From an uncultured Candidatus Poseidoniales archaeon (lineage in GTDB: Archaea > Thermoplasmatota > Poseidoniia > Poseidoniales > Thalassarchaeaceae): 58,437 nucleotides of DNA. The stretch lies in assembly GCA_964556195.1 (NCBI GenBank), contig CAZKVK010000003.1:8134-66570 (forward strand), read 5' to 3'. This document shows positions 1 through 10,728 of the stretch, piece after piece (the first letter of the stretch is position 1; each line of letters begins with the position of its first letter). The notes beneath the pieces are model-generated. The model saw only the letters and a list, made by a program, of their open reading frames with translations, had not been told where the DNA came from and ran no database searches. The position numbers and the translations under genes were made by a program.

Positions 1-25
1 AGAAAAACAAACATCTCCAATCAGC

Positions 26-418
26 ATGATTGCAGGAACAAGTGCTCTAGTACTAATATTGCCTGCTGTGGTTATTGCATTGATGGAATTGTTGGATCAC
101 CTTGAATGGAGTCCTCTTTCTAATAAGTGGATTATTTATTCGATGGTATTCTCATTGACAATAATCTCAATATTATTGATTTCGGGATTGTATTTAGTGG
201 GATTCATCAAGTCTGATAATGCAAAAATGAGTTCGGGAATTTATCTCATCGCCATTAGTGCGTTAAATCTACTCATAAGACTAAGTTACCTAAACGAAGA
301 CCGAGAGATGTGGTGGGGTGGTTCATGGTTTGAATTCATTCAAAATACATGGGTACACGAACAATTAGAACTCGCCGTATTGGGTATCATCATTGGTGCC
401 TTAATCATGAAGAAATGA
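26..418 (+). CDS. Hypothetical membrane protein
   Basis: 130-aa ORF with about 4 hydrophobic segments; no family recognised. Confidence 0.6.
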   Translation: MIAGTSALVLILPAVVIALMELLDHLEWSPLSNKWIIYSMVFSLTIISILLISGLYLVGFIKSDNAKMSSGIYLIAISALNLLIRLSYLNEDREMWWGGSWFEFIQNTWVHEQLELAVLGIIIGALIMKK

Positions 419-685
419 TTTACTTCTAATTGCTTTGCTAATGGACCACAAACCCAATGCTGCAGCGGCAAACCATGCAACTTCGAGAATGAAGAATGCC
501 CACTCATCAATGAGATATGCCCTTACTGCAAGGAGTCCTGAGCCTAATGCCATGAGGACAAGATATGGCCATTCTTTACTGTGTAGGATATCACGAGTTT
601 CTAGAAAAAACGCGCTTAGAATCAGCAGCATTCCAACATAGGCCACAATTTCGTTGTGGGCAAGGTCAACGATTTGTTCCCACAT
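401..685 (-). CDS. Small membrane protein (CBU_0592-like)
   Basis: 94 aa, three hydrophobic helices, W-x-F-x-x-L-E-x-x-W pattern near the C-terminus; directly downstream of pyrG on the same strand. Confidence 0.6.
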   Translation of the reverse strand: MWEQIVDLAHNEIVAYVGMLLILSAFFLETRDILHSKEWPYLVLMALGSGLLAVRAYLIDEWAFFILEVAWFAAAALGLWSISKAIRSKSFLHD

Positions 686-705
686 CTAATCGCCTGTTTG
701 AGAAC

Positions 706-2352
706 TCAGATGTCTTCTCCAACAGCAGCTTTGAGAAGTCCTAGGAATGGTGGACTTGGCCGGTTTGGTCTTGACTTGAACTCTGGGTGATATTGAGTTC
801 CAACAAAATACGGATGATTCTCCAATTCCATGATTTCACACCGTTGACCGGTATCATCTTTTCCAACATAAACTAGACCTTCGGCTTCGATTCTCTCAAT
901 CAACTCTGGATTGACTTCGTAGCGGTGTCGGTGTCGCTCATCTACATGGTCAGCACCTCCATACAAGCGCCTTATTTTGCAATCATCGACCAGGAATGGA
1001 GTTGGCTTTGTTCCAAGTCTCATAGTTCCGCCCATGTGGGTTTTGGAAATTTCCGGCATGAAGACAACGGCTGGATTCGGAGTATTCTCGTCAAACTCTG
1101 TTGAGTTTGCATTCTCAAGGCCCAAGACATTGCGACAGAACTCGATTGTTGCAATTTGTAGCCCGAGACAAACACCGAGATATGGAACATTGTTTACTCG
1201 TGCATAATTCGCTGCGGCAATCTTTCCTTCGACTCCACGATTACCAAACCCTCCAGGCACTAGAATCCCGTCTGCGGCGCGAAGTAATCCCCACGCTTCA
1301 TCGTGCTTTTCAGTGACATCATGCGGGTCGAGGTCGGTTGATTCAATCCAATCGATTACCAATTTACGATCTACAGCAAAAGAGCTATGCTGCAAGGCCT
1401 TGATTACTGAAAGATAAGAGTCAGAAAGGCCGGTATATTTGCCGACCATTGCAATGTGAACCTCCTCTTCCAATCGGTCTACCTTATCGGCCATTTCTTT
1501 CCAATCATCGAGCATTGGTAGTGAATCAGGAACCTCAAATCCAAGGTGACTCGAGACCTTGCTCAATACAGATTGTTCGTAAAGTGAAATTGGAATTTGG
1601 TAGAGGTTGGAAACATCGTGGGCCGAGACTACCGCATCATTTCCAACATGACAGAATGCCGCCAACTTCACTCGAGTTTCCTCTTCCAATGGCTTTTCTG
1701 ATCGGCAAACAAGGATATCTGGAATAATTCCTAGTCCTCGTAGTTCTTTCACCGTGTGTTGAGTTGGTTTAGTCTTCTGTTCGCCGACCGGGCCCATTAC
1801 TGGAACAAGACTAACATGAACAAAGCAAACATTCTCTTGTCCGACTCTAAATTGGAATTGCCGCAATGCTTCGATGAAAGGTGCACTCTCGATATCTCCG
1901 ACAGTACCTCCTAATTCGATTACACAAGCATCTGGAGTTTCTCCCGAACCGTCTGCACTGACGTGTGCAACACGCTCAATCCAATCTTGGATTTCGTTGG
2001 TTATGTGTGGTACAACTTGTACGGTCTTTCCGAGATAATCGCCACGGCGTTCCTTCTCAATGACGTTTGCATAGACCTTTCCTGTGGTGATGTTATTATC
2101 ACGAGTTAAAGCCACATCGAGGAATCTTTCGTAGTTCCCAAGGTCAAGGTCGACTTCTCCGCCATCATCCAATACGAATACTTCTCCATGTTCAAAGGGT
2201 GACATGGTGCCCGCATCGCTATTTAGATAGGGGTCAATCTTTACCGAAGTGAGCCGCAGTCCTGCGGATTTTAGTAAAACTCCGATGCTCGACGCTGTGA
2301 TACCTTTCCCAAGTCCAGATAGGACGCCGCCCGTGACTACGACATACTTCAT
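706..2352 (-). CDS. pyrG: CTP synthase
   Basis: [37 protein letters not shown] (catalytic Cys) and HRHRYEVN motifs; start moved to the MKYVVV ATG at 2352. Confidence 0.98.
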   Translation of the reverse strand: MKYVVVTGGVLSGLGKGITASSIGVLLKSAGLRLTSVKIDPYLNSDAGTMSPFEHGEVFVLDDGGEVDLDLGNYERFLDVALTRDNNITTGKVYANVIEKERRGDYLGKTVQVVPHITNEIQDWIERVAHVSADGSGETPDACVIELGGTVGDIESAPFIEALRQFQFRVGQENVCFVHVSLVPVMGPVGEQKTKPTQHTVKELRGLGIIPDILVCRSEKPLEEETRVKLAAFCHVGNDAVVSAHDVSNLYQIPISLYEQSVLSKVSSHLGFEVPDSLPMLDDWKEMADKVDRLEEEVHIAMVGKYTGLSDSYLSVIKALQHSSFAVDRKLVIDWIESTDLDPHDVTEKHDEAWGLLRAADGILVPGGFGNRGVEGKIAAANYARVNNVPYLGVCLGLQIATIEFCRNVLGLENANSTEFDENTPNPAVVFMPEISKTHMGGTMRLGTKPTPFLVDDCKIRRLYGGADHVDERHRHRYEVNPELIERIEAEGLVYVGKDDTGQRCEIMELENHPYFVGTQYHPEFKSRPNRPSPPFLGLLKAAVGEDI

Positions 2353-2473
2353 GCAATCAACGGGGTTTGAAGCCGACATGTCTCGCATATCAACATTGGC
2401 TCTGGAGATTACAAAATTACATGTTCAACCGCTCGCCTCGCAAGTCTAAGTATCGTCTTACTCCCGAAGAGGT

Positions 2474-3436
2474 ATGGCCGACGCTCCAGGCTCACGGATT
2501 TTGGTTACCGGAGCGCTTGGTCAAATTGGTACTGAACTTGTTGAAGCATTACGCATTAGCTATGGCGCCGATGCAGTAGTCGCTAGCGATGTGCGAGATA
2601 TTCCAGATCATCCATGTGTGGTTGGAGGTCCGTACAGACATCTGAGTGTAATCGATGCTAATTCCTTCGATGAGGTCGTGGTTGAGGAATCGATCGGAAT
2701 CGTGTATCATTTAGCGGCTATCTTGAGCGCAACCGGAGAGAAGAATCCTGAATTATGCGAGAGAATCAATGTTGGTGGAACAGTCACAGTATTGGAAGCA
2801 GCTCGCAAACATGGATTGAGGGTATACGTACCTTCTTCAATCGCCGTTTTCGGGCCCGATGCACCAAAACACGCTCCACAGGTTTGCCCGCTTAATCCAA
2901 CCACCATGTATGGTAAGACCAAGGTCACTGGAGAGCGTTTGGCAATGAATTACTGGAAGCAATATGGAGTTGACGTACGAGGAATCCGATATCCCGGTTT
3001 GATTTCCTACAAGGCTCCTGCCGGTGGAGGAACTACGGATTATGCTGTAGATATATTTCACGCCGCACTTGAAAATGGGCACTACGATTGCTTTGTTCGA
3101 GCCGACACTCGTCTTCCAATGATGTACATGGATGATGCTATTCGTGCAACCATTGCTTTGATGGACGCGCCGGTTGATTCGATTGGTGATGCACGCGGCG
3201 GCTACAACATCTCGGGTTGTTCATTTACAGCCGCTGAAATCGCAGATGCAGTTGCTGCTAGGATTCCGGGATTCACTTGTGATTTCGAACCTGATGTAAG
3301 GCAGGAGTATGCGGACTCTTGGCCCGACTCAGTTGATGATTCGGTCGCCCAGAAAGATTGGGGATGGAAAGCCGAGTATGACTTAGATGCACTTTGTGAT
3401 GCAATGACTTCCGGCCTTCAATCTTCATCAATTTGA
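2474..3436 (+). CDS. Extended SDR NAD-dependent epimerase/dehydratase, likely L-threonine 3-dehydrogenase type
   Basis: TGALGQIG nucleotide-binding motif, HLAAILSATGE, YGKTK (YxxxK) and GGGTTDYAV typical of SDR threonine dehydrogenases. Confidence 0.85.
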   Translation: MADAPGSRILVTGALGQIGTELVEALRISYGADAVVASDVRDIPDHPCVVGGPYRHLSVIDANSFDEVVVEESIGIVYHLAAILSATGEKNPELCERINVGGTVTVLEAARKHGLRVYVPSSIAVFGPDAPKHAPQVCPLNPTTMYGKTKVTGERLAMNYWKQYGVDVRGIRYPGLISYKAPAGGGTTDYAVDIFHAALENGHYDCFVRADTRLPMMYMDDAIRATIALMDAPVDSIGDARGGYNISGCSFTAAEIADAVAARIPGFTCDFEPDVRQEYADSWPDSVDDSVAQKDWGWKAEYDLDALCDAMTSGLQSSSI

Positions 3437-5013
3437 TTTGACCAATCAGGGGTGCTAGGCTCGACATTAGCCCATAGAACATCATTGATTCTTAAGACTG
3501 TAATCGCCGCTTCAGTTGCACCCGTCAAGGCCTGCCGAGCAACGAAAAGAGGGTCGTGTATTCCCAATTTACCCATGTCGGCATTTTCTCCACTCATCGC
3601 ATCGAGACCGTGCCAAGCACCGTGTTTTGCTTGTGCCGCCGATAGTGCCAATATCTCGTCGATTGGATCAAGTCCAGCATTCTCAGCCAGAACACGAGGG
3701 ATTATTTCTAGAGCATCCGCAAAGCCCTCAATTGCCAATTGTTCACGACCTTTTTGAGTGGTAGCGAAGGAACGTAGGTGCCGGGCTAAATGAGTTTGAG
3801 TTCCCCCTCCACCAGGAAGGATCTTTGGCTCACGAACTAATCGGAAGGCTACACCAAGAGCATCATCGAAAGCTCTGCTAACCTCCTCCCGCATGGTGGG
3901 TGTAGTTCCACGAAGCAGGGCGGTCATCGCCCCACCTTCACCGTCGATTCTGACGTGCCAAGCATCGTTTATTTTCTCGGCTACACGCTGGCTGTAAGTT
4001 CCTACATCCTCAGTAGACATTCTATTTGCATCACGAATCATCTTTGCGCCTGTTAATATCGATAGCCTCTCCAAATCTTCTCGCTCAAACCTACGATAAG
4101 CGGTTATTCCAGCCTCTTTCAACAATGAGGTCGCCTCGTCTGCTATCCCGTCTCGAACACAAAGCAGATCGACTCCTAGGGAAGCAAGTCTGGAGACCTG
4201 TTCGGCTAATTTCACTCTCTTCCGCTCTTGGAATCCCGACAGCACACCGGTGCTTCGAATCTCAATTTGCGCATCCAACTCCAATTCTCGATTCTCAAGA
4301 CCACCATCGATAATACCGATTTTGCCTCCATCAGAGTGGCTCTCAGTGGTGAAATCGAGGCGCTGTTTCTTTAGCATTAGGCCATGAATGATTTCAGAGT
4401 CTGCACCACCACCATCTGTCATTTGTAGACGTTTTACTCGAATCCTCTCAAGATCGTCGCCGCCCTCTTCATCTTTCAGAGCCAGAGCGGCTTCAATTGC
4501 TAGTTCGGTCATGGTCTTAGCGAGGGCAGTATCTATCTTACCAGCCATAGTTGTGGATGTAGCAGAGATCAAGTCATCATCTGATGCATATCTAGAGATT
4601 TCTTCTAACTGCGAAAGCGATTCTTCCACCGCAATACGATATCCATTCATGATTATAGTTGGATGAACTCCTATTCTGGATAGTTCCAGTGCATTACGTA
4701 GAAGTTCTGATGTAAGAAGTACTGAAGTTGTTGTTCCATCTCTAGCAATCCTATCCTGGGCCGAACTGGTTGCGATGAGAAGATTGGCGGTTGGATGCTC
4801 AACCTTTGCAGTTTCCAGAACCGTAACTCCATCGTTGGTGACGACAATCTCGCCATTCTCGTTGACTAGCATCTTATCTGAACCTCTTGGCCCTAAAGTC
4901 GACCTAACGGCGCCTGCAAGTGCCAGGGCTGCATTGGTGTTGTTTACCAGTGCTGAGCGCCCCTCTATACGGTCGGTATCCTGCAAAGCAACATCCTGCT
5001 CGGACTCGACCAT
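3418..5013 (-). CDS. ths: Thermosome (group II chaperonin) subunit, divergent
   Basis: STLGPRGSDKML, TNDGVTVL, DGTTT, AENAGLDP and LRINDV motifs; likely start MVESEQ at 5013. Confidence 0.92.
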   Translation of the reverse strand: MVESEQDVALQDTDRIEGRSALVNNTNAALALAGAVRSTLGPRGSDKMLVNENGEIVVTNDGVTVLETAKVEHPTANLLIATSSAQDRIARDGTTTSVLLTSELLRNALELSRIGVHPTIIMNGYRIAVEESLSQLEEISRYASDDDLISATSTTMAGKIDTALAKTMTELAIEAALALKDEEGGDDLERIRVKRLQMTDGGGADSEIIHGLMLKKQRLDFTTESHSDGGKIGIIDGGLENRELELDAQIEIRSTGVLSGFQERKRVKLAEQVSRLASLGVDLLCVRDGIADEATSLLKEAGITAYRRFEREDLERLSILTGAKMIRDANRMSTEDVGTYSQRVAEKINDAWHVRIDGEGGAMTALLRGTTPTMREEVSRAFDDALGVAFRLVREPKILPGGGGTQTHLARHLRSFATTQKGREQLAIEGFADALEIIPRVLAENAGLDPIDEILALSAAQAKHGAWHGLDAMSGENADMGKLGIHDPLFVARQALTGATEAAITVLRINDVLWANVEPSTPDWSNQIDED

Positions 5014-5158
5014 GCGCCCAGCGAACCACAGGCTCGCTTTCAATGCGATGTTGCCGATATTGCAACGCGCTCGCACCACGTGCGTACACCCGCATACCCC
5101 CGCGCACGAGTGCCCCAGTAACCGTTCGATTCAAATATGGCAGAATGCTCGGACTATA

Positions 5159-5171
5159 CAACCTCAGGTTG
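5159..5171. promoter_or_regulatory. Perfect palindrome CAACCT-C-AGGTTG, candidate operator
   Basis: Lies 13 nt upstream of the Hsp20-like ATG, within the divergent thermosome/hsp20 intergenic region. Confidence 0.35.
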
Positions 5172-5183
5172 AGTAGTGATACA

Positions 5184-5822
5184 ATGAGCACCGCTGAAAG
5201 AGACGAATTCGAGGAGAGGATGCTCGAGCAGATGGCCCAAATGTTCGCAGACATGGGTATGCCAATCGATGTCGAATTATTGCAAAATATGATGCGACAA
5301 GTCCGAGAACAATTTGAGGAGATGGGGCTCGATCCAGACCGCATGGCATCGACTGAGATTAGAATGGGAACAGACGTAGACCCTGAGGAATTCCGCAAAC
5401 AGATGGAATCCATGCTCAACGGTCCAGGTGGAATGGGAGAGATGTTCCGCAATATGGGAATCAAGGTTCAGTTTGAAGGCAATAGCCCTGTCGAAGTCCC
5501 AGAGATTGAAGTTGAGGATGAATTAACTGAAGAATCCGATAATGATCTACCCTTGGAAGATGTATTCATCCATGAAGACAGGATGTGCATCACCGTAGAT
5601 ATATCCAGATTTACCGACCTACAGCAAGAAGAGGTCGAGCTTAACCTAACCAGTGGTGGTGAGATACTGCAACTGATGAAAACCACACAAATGCGCCCCC
5701 TAAAGCGCTACTCCCTTCCTCATTCGGCAGAAAATATCGTCGAATGGGACTTAAACAACGGAATTCTTGATGTTATATTCGACATCAATTCGGAGGCTAT
5801 AACAGCCGATGAAAGTGAGTGA
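5184..5822 (+). CDS. Hsp20/alpha-crystallin-like small heat-shock protein
   Basis: Met/Glu-rich N-terminal region and a C-terminal alpha-crystallin-like domain ending LNNGILDV; start MSTAE at 5184, because the longer ORF from 4920 overlaps the thermosome gene. Confidence 0.7.
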   Translation: MSTAERDEFEERMLEQMAQMFADMGMPIDVELLQNMMRQVREQFEEMGLDPDRMASTEIRMGTDVDPEEFRKQMESMLNGPGGMGEMFRNMGIKVQFEGNSPVEVPEIEVEDELTEESDNDLPLEDVFIHEDRMCITVDISRFTDLQQEEVELNLTSGGEILQLMKTTQMRPLKRYSLPHSAENIVEWDLNNGILDVIFDINSEAITADESE

Positions 5823-5843
5823 AATCTCAATGGAGTGAATGAA

Positions 5844-7730
5844 ATGAGCGCTGCAGTAATTGGAATAGACCTTGGAACGACAAATAGCTGTGTTGCTACC
5901 TTAGAAGGTGGAAAGGCCATAGTAATACCGAACTCAGAAGGAAGTCGAACTACTCCTTCAGTAGTTGCTTTCACGAAAGATGGAGACCGCCTTGTTGGAA
6001 TTACCGCAAAGAGACAAGCGGTCACCAACTCAGAACGTACAATCATGTCCGTGAAGAGAGAAATGGGTACGGACTGGAAGCAAACAATTGGTGATGATGA
6101 GTTTACTCCACAAGAAGTCTCAGCATTCGTACTACAGAAGCTGAAAGCCGATGCTGAGGCATACCTCGGTCAGGAAATAACACAGGCAGTTATTACCTGT
6201 CCAGCATACTTTACCGATGCTCAAAGAAAGGCTACTCGCGACGCAGGCCGAATTGCTGGTCTCGAGGTTCTTCGTATCATCAACGAACCTACTGCTGCTG
6301 CACTGGCTTATGGTGTTGACAAGGAAGACGACCAGACGATTCTGGTATACGACCTCGGCGGCGGAACTTTCGATGTGTCAATTCTTGAAATTTACCTAGT
6401 AGACGAACAACCACAGATCGAAGTCAAGGCCACTAGTGGAGACAACCGATTGGGTGGTGACGACTTCGACGAGGTCGTTATTGAGTGGATTCTGTCTGAA
6501 TTCAAGAAGACTACAGGAATCGATTTGTCAGGCGATATGCAAGCCATGAGTCGCCTAAGAGAGGCAGCTGAGAAGGCAAAGATTGAGTTGTCCGGAACCG
6601 GAACAACTCAGATTAATCTACCATTCATCACCATGCGCGATGGACAGCCGGAGCATCTCGATTTATCACTATCAAGAGCAAAATTCGAGGAATTAATTGC
6701 CGATTTAATCGAGCGAACAATGGCTCCTACCCGCCAGGCGATGAAGGATTCAGGAGTGTCCAAGGGAGAGGTGGACAAGGTCATATTAGTCGGAGGTTCT
6801 ACACGTGTTCCTGCTGTTCAAACAGCGATAGAGAAGGAAGTTGGTAAGGCTCCATTCAAGGGTATTAACCCCGATGAAGCAGTTGCTGTTGGAGCAGCTC
6901 TTCAAGCTGGAATTATCGTCGGTGACGAAGGAGTAACCGACGTACTACTACTCGACGTCACCCCACTGACTCTAGGAATTGAGACCCTAGGTGGCGTGAC
7001 TACCATGATGATCGAGCGCAATACAACGATCCCAAGTCGCCGCTCAGAGGTGTTCTCAACCGCCTCCGACAACCAACCAGCTGTAGAGGTCCACGTCCTT
7101 CAAGGAGAGCGCGAGTTCTCCAAGGATAACACAACACTAGGCCGATTCCATCTAATGGGAATCCCTCCAGCTCCTCGCGGTATTCCACAGATTGAGGTCA
7201 CCTTTGATATCGACGCAAATGGAATCGTTAACGTATCCGCTAAGGATCTCGGTACAGGAACCGAACAATCGATTAAGATAGAGAGCCAAACCTCTCTATC
7301 TGAAGATGAGATTCAGTCAAAGATCGCCGAGGCGGAAGAGTTCGCAGAGGAAGACAAGCGTCGGAAGGCTAGGGTTGACCTACGCAATCAAGCGGACAGC
7401 ATTGTTTACCAGACTCGAAAGATGATGGAAGATTCAGGTGAGAAATTGTCTGATGAGGACAAAGCTCCAGTCAACGAGAAGTTGGATGAACTTGAAGCCC
7501 TCATTATGAATGACGGTCAACCTATCGATTTTGAGGAACTCGATGAGGCTGCAATTCAAGCAAAGATGGGCGAGTTAGAGCAGGTGATGCACGGTGTCTC
7601 AACCAAGCTCTACGAGGCAGCTGCAGCAGAAATGGCCGAGCAACAGGCGGCTAACGAAGCAACAGCCGATGGTGATGGTGTCGTTGAAGCCGACTTCGAA
7701 GTAGTCGATGGCGACGATGGCGACGAGTGA
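5844..7730 (+). CDS. dnaK: Chaperone DnaK (Hsp70)
   Basis: [35 protein letters not shown] and [10 protein letters not shown] motifs; GGAG upstream of ATG 5844. Confidence 0.98.
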   Translation: MSAAVIGIDLGTTNSCVATLEGGKAIVIPNSEGSRTTPSVVAFTKDGDRLVGITAKRQAVTNSERTIMSVKREMGTDWKQTIGDDEFTPQEVSAFVLQKLKADAEAYLGQEITQAVITCPAYFTDAQRKATRDAGRIAGLEVLRIINEPTAAALAYGVDKEDDQTILVYDLGGGTFDVSILEIYLVDEQPQIEVKATSGDNRLGGDDFDEVVIEWILSEFKKTTGIDLSGDMQAMSRLREAAEKAKIELSGTGTTQINLPFITMRDGQPEHLDLSLSRAKFEELIADLIERTMAPTRQAMKDSGVSKGEVDKVILVGGSTRVPAVQTAIEKEVGKAPFKGINPDEAVAVGAALQAGIIVGDEGVTDVLLLDVTPLTLGIETLGGVTTMMIERNTTIPSRRSEVFSTASDNQPAVEVHVLQGEREFSKDNTTLGRFHLMGIPPAPRGIPQIEVTFDIDANGIVNVSAKDLGTGTEQSIKIESQTSLSEDEIQSKIAEAEEFAEEDKRRKARVDLRNQADSIVYQTRKMMEDSGEKLSDEDKAPVNEKLDELEALIMNDGQPIDFEELDEAAIQAKMGELEQVMHGVSTKLYEAAAAEMAEQQAANEATADGDGVVEADFEVVDGDDGDE

Positions 7731-7731
7731 T

Positions 7732-9192
7732 TCATCCCTGAGTAATCAGGTGGTGTAGGGTTCGCACGTGAACACCTGTTCCGCCGTGTGCAACACAGGC
7801 GTTGGTGTCGACATTCCAAGCCGTTCCAGCAATGTCGAGATGAGCCCATGGAATTTCTGATTTGTCGCCAGTTCCATCCTCTCGCTCTTGAATGAATTGT
7901 TTGAGGAATGCGGCTGCAGTATTTGCTCCACCATATCGGCCCTTTCCACCGTTTCTAACATCTGCAAACTTGGAACTCGTCATTTCCTTCTCAAAAGCAG
8001 GTAGTAGAGGCATTGGCCAAGCCAATTCGTCTACTGAATTTCCAGCCTGATGAATACTTTCTCGTAATTTATCATCATTAGACCAAAGACCAGAAGCCTC
8101 TTGGCCTAGAGCAACAACACAGGCACCGGTCAAGGTGGCAAGATCAACAATGTATGAGGGGTCCAGTTCAGCAGCCTTCCACAGGCCATCAGAGAGCACA
8201 TTTCGTCCTTCGGCATCGGTGCTGAAGATTTCAATAGTCTTTCCAGAGTAAGTATCGATTACATCTCCAGGCCTGTAAGCCTCGGCGCTCGGCATATTTT
8301 CTGCCATGCAGGTAATTCCGTTTACTCGACCTTCGTATCCTGTTGCCCAAAGTGCTTGGAACAGCCCGAAGACAGTAGCGGAACCGTGCATATCGTACTT
8401 CATATCCCACATACCCTGGCTAGGTTTTATGGAAATTCCACCGGTGTCGAAGGTGATACCTTTTCCGACTATACAAGGCACCTGCTCACCGATTTGGGCG
8501 TGCGGATTCAATCGGAAGAAAACCATACAAGGTTTGCGAATACTACCCTTTCCGACAGCGATTACACCCTGCATACCTTCCTTCTGAAGTCGTCCATAAT
8601 CCCAAACCTCGACCTCGACATTATCCTTGCCTTCAGCCCATTCTAGGGCTCTGCGACCGAACTCTTCAGGGTAGAGTCGGTTCGCCGGCTCGTTTGCTAG
8701 GTCGCGAGTTAGATGAACACCAGTTACTACAAGGCTTGCTTTCTTGATAGAGTTGGCTAGACCTTCCAGATGTCGGTCGTGTGCTTGGCATTCTAACGTC
8801 CACCCATCGTGGTTCTTTTCATCGTCCTTTTTCTGATATTTATCAAACTCATAATCTCGTAGCATCATTCCCTCGGCGAATGCAGTCATATTTTCTGTAG
8901 ACCATCCGGATGTGAAGCGGATTACGATATCGGTACCGAGATCCTTAGATAGACTAGCGAGACATTTTGCACCAGAGTCCCGGGCAACTTTGTGAGTGAG
9001 TTTCTCTTTTTCTCCAAGTCCGACAAAAATTACTGTACAACCCTTGGTCCAAACACTAAGTGATTCTCCCCTCTTGCCAGAAATTGCATCGCTGGCGGCT
9101 GCTGCCTTAACAGCAATACTCGGACCACGGTCGAGGCCGACAGTGGTATTGTTTGGAGCCTTGTCTAAGTCCTTGAATACGGGAATAATCAT
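7732..9192 (-). CDS. pepA: Leucyl aminopeptidase (M17)
   Basis: VGKGITFDTGG, MKYDMHG, STDAEGR and DLATLTGA motifs; likely start MIIPVF. Confidence 0.95.
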   Translation of the reverse strand: MIIPVFKDLDKAPNNTTVGLDRGPSIAVKAAAASDAISGKRGESLSVWTKGCTVIFVGLGEKEKLTHKVARDSGAKCLASLSKDLGTDIVIRFTSGWSTENMTAFAEGMMLRDYEFDKYQKKDDEKNHDGWTLECQAHDRHLEGLANSIKKASLVVTGVHLTRDLANEPANRLYPEEFGRRALEWAEGKDNVEVEVWDYGRLQKEGMQGVIAVGKGSIRKPCMVFFRLNPHAQIGEQVPCIVGKGITFDTGGISIKPSQGMWDMKYDMHGSATVFGLFQALWATGYEGRVNGITCMAENMPSAEAYRPGDVIDTYSGKTIEIFSTDAEGRNVLSDGLWKAAELDPSYIVDLATLTGACVVALGQEASGLWSNDDKLRESIHQAGNSVDELAWPMPLLPAFEKEMTSSKFADVRNGGKGRYGGANTAAAFLKQFIQEREDGTGDKSEIPWAHLDIAGTAWNVDTNACVAHGGTGVHVRTLHHLITQG

Positions 9193-9321
9193 GATGTCTC
9201 CAGTCCGGTCAAAATTAGCGCAACTTGCCTGCATGGGTTGTGGGAAAAAGTTCCAATATACAAAGAATATCTAAAGAAATTCTTAATTTCAAGACAGTTT
9301 CTTTTCTCCAATCTATAGTTT

Positions 9322-10668
9322 CTATGCAAAATCTGTGGTTTTTCTTCGACCAGCAAAAGCAGCCACAACTATTGAAATTAGATGAATAAACAGTGAAGGC
9401 GCAGGCAGTAATCCTTTGTTGCTTTCAGAAATCTTTACGATAGAATCGTCAATATTTTCTTCCACCCATTGAGAGGCATCGATAACTCTTTTTTGGTAAT
9501 GTATACTCCACGTTCCACCCTCGATGAGAGTTAGATTTCTACCATCGAAGGTGACCTTGGTTTGATTCGTAGCATTCACTCCAAAAAGGGAAGAATGCCA
9601 CAGCAACTCTCCATTTGAATCCGAATAATGTAACGTAGCATTTGATGTGCTCGCTCGCCCATGATTAACCACATGGGCATCCACTTCATTGCCATTTATC
9701 TCGACGCTTTCAACAACCAGTCGAGCTCGCCAATACCAGATATTCTCGATTAGATATTTCATCACATCTAGCTCTTCACCAAGTCTTTGAGATAGTGGCT
9801 CTATGGTTCCAAGCAGAAACTGTTCATCATCGGTTTCAAAGGTAAAAGTTGGATATCCCATCACACCGTATCCGTAATCTCTGCTGGTTCCACAATTTGG
9901 ATAGAGGCCTTGGTTGGCATTACGGATTGGTATGTCAGAGATGTTACTATTGACTTCATCTCTGATGTAATGGAACATTTCCCAATCGGACGGTTGTTCA
10001 GGCCATTTTCCCCAGGGATAGAGCATAATCCACACACCTGTGTGCATAGTGATATACAGGTCTGCATGAGGTACGACTTCGTTCATGTAAATCGAATTTG
10101 CCAGAGTTTCAGATTCACTGAATGCACTACTTCCTGGTTGAGTCGTTGGGCAGGTGTTCCAGTAGTGATCGTAGTTTCTATTCAAGTCCACTTGGTTGAC
10201 ATTCCATCTTGTGTCGAAGTCATTGCCATCCGCGTTTAGCATTATCAGGATATGCAATTCTGTCCTCGCCAATACATCGACTACCTCTTCATCGCCATCA
10301 GCCCAACCCTCAATGTAATAATCAGCCACAAGAAAGGCAAGTTCGGTTCCAAGATGTTCGTTTCCATGATGCCCTCCATCGATGTATACGACATCTTTCG
10401 CAGTTCCGTCTGGCTTGGTATCTTGACTCCAATCGGAAATCTGCAACATCCAAAGATTCCTCCCTAATTCGGTTTGGCCCACAACTAGCAGATTGACGAT
10501 TTCTGGGTAATCGTCAGCCCACGCGTTTACATCTAAGGTTAGTGTTGCATAGGAATGATACCAATGCTCTTGGATAATGTCGGGCTGACCGATCTGCGCG
10601 TTTGCCACAGGTGCGGTAGAGACAGCAAGCATCGATGCTACTACCAATGTTGCAAGCCAGCGGCGCAT
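9322..10668 (-). CDS. Secreted M14 zinc carboxypeptidase with C-terminal membrane anchor
   Basis: Signal peptide, GGHHGNE (HxxE), DLNRNY, MHTG and FTFE motifs; hydrophobic C-terminus followed by RRK. Confidence 0.9.
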   Translation of the reverse strand: MRRWLATLVVASMLAVSTAPVANAQIGQPDIIQEHWYHSYATLTLDVNAWADDYPEIVNLLVVGQTELGRNLWMLQISDWSQDTKPDGTAKDVVYIDGGHHGNEHLGTELAFLVADYYIEGWADGDEEVVDVLARTELHILIMLNADGNDFDTRWNVNQVDLNRNYDHYWNTCPTTQPGSSAFSESETLANSIYMNEVVPHADLYITMHTGVWIMLYPWGKWPEQPSDWEMFHYIRDEVNSNISDIPIRNANQGLYPNCGTSRDYGYGVMGYPTFTFETDDEQFLLGTIEPLSQRLGEELDVMKYLIENIWYWRARLVVESVEINGNEVDAHVVNHGRASTSNATLHYSDSNGELLWHSSLFGVNATNQTKVTFDGRNLTLIEGGTWSIHYQKRVIDASQWVEENIDDSIVKISESNKGLLPAPSLFIHLISIVVAAFAGRRKTTDFA

Positions 10669-10728
10669 GCGCCGCTGTATGGGCTATTACCTACAATCAT
10701 TCGCACGATTTGAGTACGAAAAGTCCGA

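Noticed and set aside
4904-5464. 186-aa minus ORF and the N-terminal extension of the 4920-5822 ORF
   Set aside because: They overlap the thermosome and hsp20-like genes, and the extension has no protein-like composition; the ATG at 5184 is preferred
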